From: Leptogorgia sarmentosa | Taxonomy: Eukaryota | Assembly (NCBI GenBank): GCA_964658305.1 | Contig: OZ210885.1 | Coordinates: 15,872,001-15,936,000, forward strand | Reading direction: 5' to 3' | DNA: 64,000 nt | Shown here: positions 60,911-64,000 of the stretch, one piece after another | Layout of the letters: each line of letters begins with the position of its first letter | How positions within the stretch are numbered: position 1 is the first letter of the stretch | The notes under the pieces: generated by a model | Database searches by the model: none | The model's input: only the letters and a program-made list of their open reading frames with translations | Told to the model about the DNA's origin: nothing | Translations under genes and position numbers: made by a program

Positions 60911-61546
60911 ATGAGTGACAAGGCAAATATATTCATAAATACTCTCTTGGGAGTGTTTAGAATAGCTGAAAATCGTCTTTCAGAGGAAAATATCGAGAAA
61001 AAAGGTGTAGAAAATGCGATGAAAGAACTTAAAGAATTGCTTGGACCAGTTGCTCGAAAAAATTTAGGGGATCATCAAGCTTGTCACAAATATTATGTTG
61101 GCAAGTATTTCCCAATCCTACAACGTATGGCAACACAGTGGCATAAGCAATTTTCTAGACGAATGAGTGTGCGATGTAAGGTGCTAAGTCCTCGGAAAGT
61201 TACCTTGGAAGTCAAAGTCCCAAACGAACGCTTTTCGATCATTAGGGTCATAGTTTTGGAGACTAATTATGGCTTGTACTATTCAGAAACGAAATCAAAG
61301 CCGAAGAAGTTTGTCATGGCTTTTACCTCAGCAGAACGAGTGAGAATTGTGTTCGCTCGGTTAATGGACACAGACCTACCAAGGGAAAACTTTCTTAAAA
61401 GGAAATTCAAGGGCCAAAGGCGGCTAGAGCTCATAGTCTCTGATGATAAGCAATTTGGTATGATGTACAATTCTGAAAAGGAACATTTGTGCTTCGACTT
61501 TCACTATGGATTTTGGAACGAACAAGGATTTCCGCAGCATTTGTGA
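60911..61546 (+). CDS. Orphan basic protein (211 aa from MSDKAN), unknown function
   Basis: Uninterrupted, non-repetitive, protein-like ORF in AT-rich DNA, with an ATG in AAAAGCATGA context. No motif recognised. Confidence 0.65.
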   Translation: MSDKANIFINTLLGVFRIAENRLSEENIEKKGVENAMKELKELLGPVARKNLGDHQACHKYYVGKYFPILQRMATQWHKQFSRRMSVRCKVLSPRKVTLEVKVPNERFSIIRVIVLETNYGLYYSETKSKPKKFVMAFTSAERVRIVFARLMDTDLPRENFLKRKFKGQRRLELIVSDDKQFGMMYNSEKEHLCFDFHYGFWNEQGFPQHL

Positions 61547-62037
61547 GGTTGTGAGAAGTACTAAAAAAACTGTATTCACTTAGAGTTAATGTCCATCCAT
61601 TTGTCATGTGCGTATTATATAATTATATACTAATCTGTACTAGTTGGGCAAAATTTCCATCAAATGCACATTTGATAATTTATGAAGTCTGTCAGTCTTG
61701 ATTGATGTCTTCATACTTACTGTATCAACCTCTTGAATTTGTACCGGAATGTATTAAACTATTACTATTATAAAATATTAGGCCAACTAACTGAACTTAA
61801 ATTGAATTGCAAAGCATTATGGAACTTTTATTTTCAACAGCAAACGATATACAAAAAGGCTATAAGCACCTTTATCATATAATAAATACAATATAATTTA
61901 CAATATAATAAATAATATCTGCTTAAAAACGGTTGAATTATTATAAAAAATATTTAAAATACACTCAATATGTATAAATATAACATTCTACTGTATATTT
62001 AATGTTTCAACTGAATGTAGGTAGGAATGAGACTACC

Positions 62038-64000
62038 TTACTCGAGAATGGCAGAAAGCTCTTTAGTAATCTTACAAGCTTTTACAGATTTAACTATTTC
62101 AGCCGTTATTTCGTGGTCACAGTAATAACATTTAGCAGTATGCTCAACTTTATTAAAACCACAGTGACAATATGCATCATCTTCTACCCTACTTGGTTGG
62201 GACAAGGCTTACATTTGTACGATGATACTCTAAGAGTGAAGCTTCCTTAAGTGGCAGCCAGATTTTGCTGATATAATCATGTCGGAATACTAATGACCAC
62301 CTATTTTTTACATTACTATGTTTAGCATAACTGGCGATTTGCACATGCTTTGCTTCTCGGCCTTGCATTGTATTGTTCCCTAAACCACACCCATACTTTT
62401 CATACATCCACTGTGCATGCACAGGAACCACTTTGCCAATAGTCCACTCACTGGGAGTCACTGCATCACAAAAAAGGTTTTTAGCAGTGATATAATGAGA
62501 AGTATATGAAGATAACTGCTTTAGCTTCTCATCAGAAAAATGATACATCGAAAAGAGGGAAACAGAATCTCGCAACTTAATTGCAATGAAGACAATAATA
62601 AGAAGCTTAGTTAACAACTTAGGATCACTCCTACCAGCTCGAATAGCATCAATTAGGAACATAAATCCTAAGTCTTGTAGCTTTTACTTCATGTTCAAGT
62701 GCTTCCAAATACTTTTTCATACTGCAATTTGGCATGTCAGTCATGAAAGTAATCTTTTTTGAAAGATTGCTGTCTGCAAGTGCTAATAACAAAATTTGGT
62801 TGTGCAATTTTTGAACTGCATTGTTCTTTAAATGCAAAGGTTCAACTATCTCTTTTTCACACAACATACCTATTAGGGGCTCAAACTCCTGTCTGCTTCC
62901 TAAACTCGAAATGTATTGAGTGACCTTACTTCTCTTAGTTTGATCTGGAAGTTTCTTTGGTAGCTTATTTTTGAATTTTTTTGCATCACTAATTCTGTCT
63001 TTGTAAGCCCAAGGTTTCCATTTACATTTAGAGTCGGTGCCAAATTCTCCTGTGAGACATGCAGCCCCTTTAAGATCATCAGATTTTGCATTTGCAAAGC
63101 TCGAAAAGTAAGTGGCTGAGTTTGAAAGCTCACCATTACCAAATGCTAAAAACTTCATATCTGAAGGAAATAAATCAAAACTAAATTTGACTTGAACACC
63201 AACGACATTATAGGTACGTTGTTCAATAGCCGCGCAATTTTCAGCAAGCAATTTGCAAAATCGTTTTACAGTATCATGAGTTTCTTTGCAGTTTGCGCCA
63301 AATAACAAAAAATTATCATTTGGGCTAGCAAACCGGGGACCGACATTAAGAAAACTTACTAAAAAAGACAGACTCATCCCATTTCCCAAATGGTGCCCCA
63401 TCACCTCCAACAGCTACCCTGAAATGCCCAATTTCACTTTCAAACCATCTTAGTTTATCTTCAGCCTTTCTGTATGGGTCAGTGTCAAAGTAAAATTCGG
63501 CAATAGAAAGAAGCAAGCTTTCTAAATCCCTATATTTACCATCTACTCTTTCATCTGAAGGCAAAGCATTCGAAAGCAAATCGCTTACTGGTAAGAGCTT
63601 GCCAATATCAATACTATTGATTTTACTCATCAGATCTTTATATGACCATACTTTCGGTAAGGGTATTTCCCCACTAAATGACAATCTTCGCCTCTGTAAA
63701 TAGCCTTTAGCTGTTGTTGTACCTACTGAGTAAGTACCTAAGGCAGATCTGGTTTGCGCATACTTGCACTTGCTTAAAACACCTCCTGCATATAACATGG
63801 AAAGAGAGCGATTTATATTCTGCTCACTTTGTTCAAATTTACTCACATTCTGTTTATGTACTGAAGCACTGGCACTGCCTAATTTTTTAGAAGAAACTAG
63901 AAACTTCTTGCACGTTTCTAAAGTAGCATATCTATCAAGTGTTAAGAACAAACCATCAATTGCTGGTTGGCGGTTTTCTTTAGTGGCACCATGAATTTCG
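62038..64000 (-). pseudogene. RAG1/Transib-like DDE transposase, frameshifted, 5' end outside the window
   Basis: FRVAVGGDGAP (D1), PSDMKFL (D2, DxK), EPLHL and TMQGREAKH (E), in the order of the RAG1/Transib core. C-terminal YCHCG...KCYYCDH. Frameshifts near 63370, 62665 (deletion) and 62190. Confidence 0.7.

Larger units (their letters stand above)
60745..64000. mobile_element. Candidate Transib/RAG-like two-gene transposon running off the window
   Basis: CACGTTG start right after the LINE tail, then an orphan ORF (+) and a RAG1/Transib-like transposase (-) tail-to-tail. The second end is not visible. Confidence 0.55.

Noticed and set aside
60911..61546. Calling the partner ORF RAG2-like
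   Set aside because: Too short for a six-bladed propeller, with no kelch GG motifs or PHD; only the layout is similar.

Overview
AT-rich eukaryotic (animal) genomic DNA with GT-AG introns. The repeat types suggest a marine invertebrate such as a cnidarian (inference). No ordinary host gene was found; the window is mostly nested transposable elements. These are two BEL/Pao LTR elements (one intact, with near-identical LTRs), a solo LTR, a DIRS element with ITR/ICR ends, a Penelope RT fragment, several LINE remnants, complete MULE and hAT elements with TSDs, Tc1/mariner and P/THAP9 fossils, MITEs and a long perfect compound microsatellite. Two systems stand out. (1) A two-gene unit occurs three times in divergent form: an IS3/IS481-type (IS3EU-like) DDE integrase gene lying tail-to-tail with an intron-containing HECT E3 ubiquitin-ligase gene, with TATGG-type termini where ends survive. 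(2) At the right edge, a RAG1/Transib-like transposase gene converges on an intact orphan ORF that does not look like RAG2, behind a CAC-starting candidate terminus. Coordinates were read by eye, and family names come from motif recognition, not database searches.
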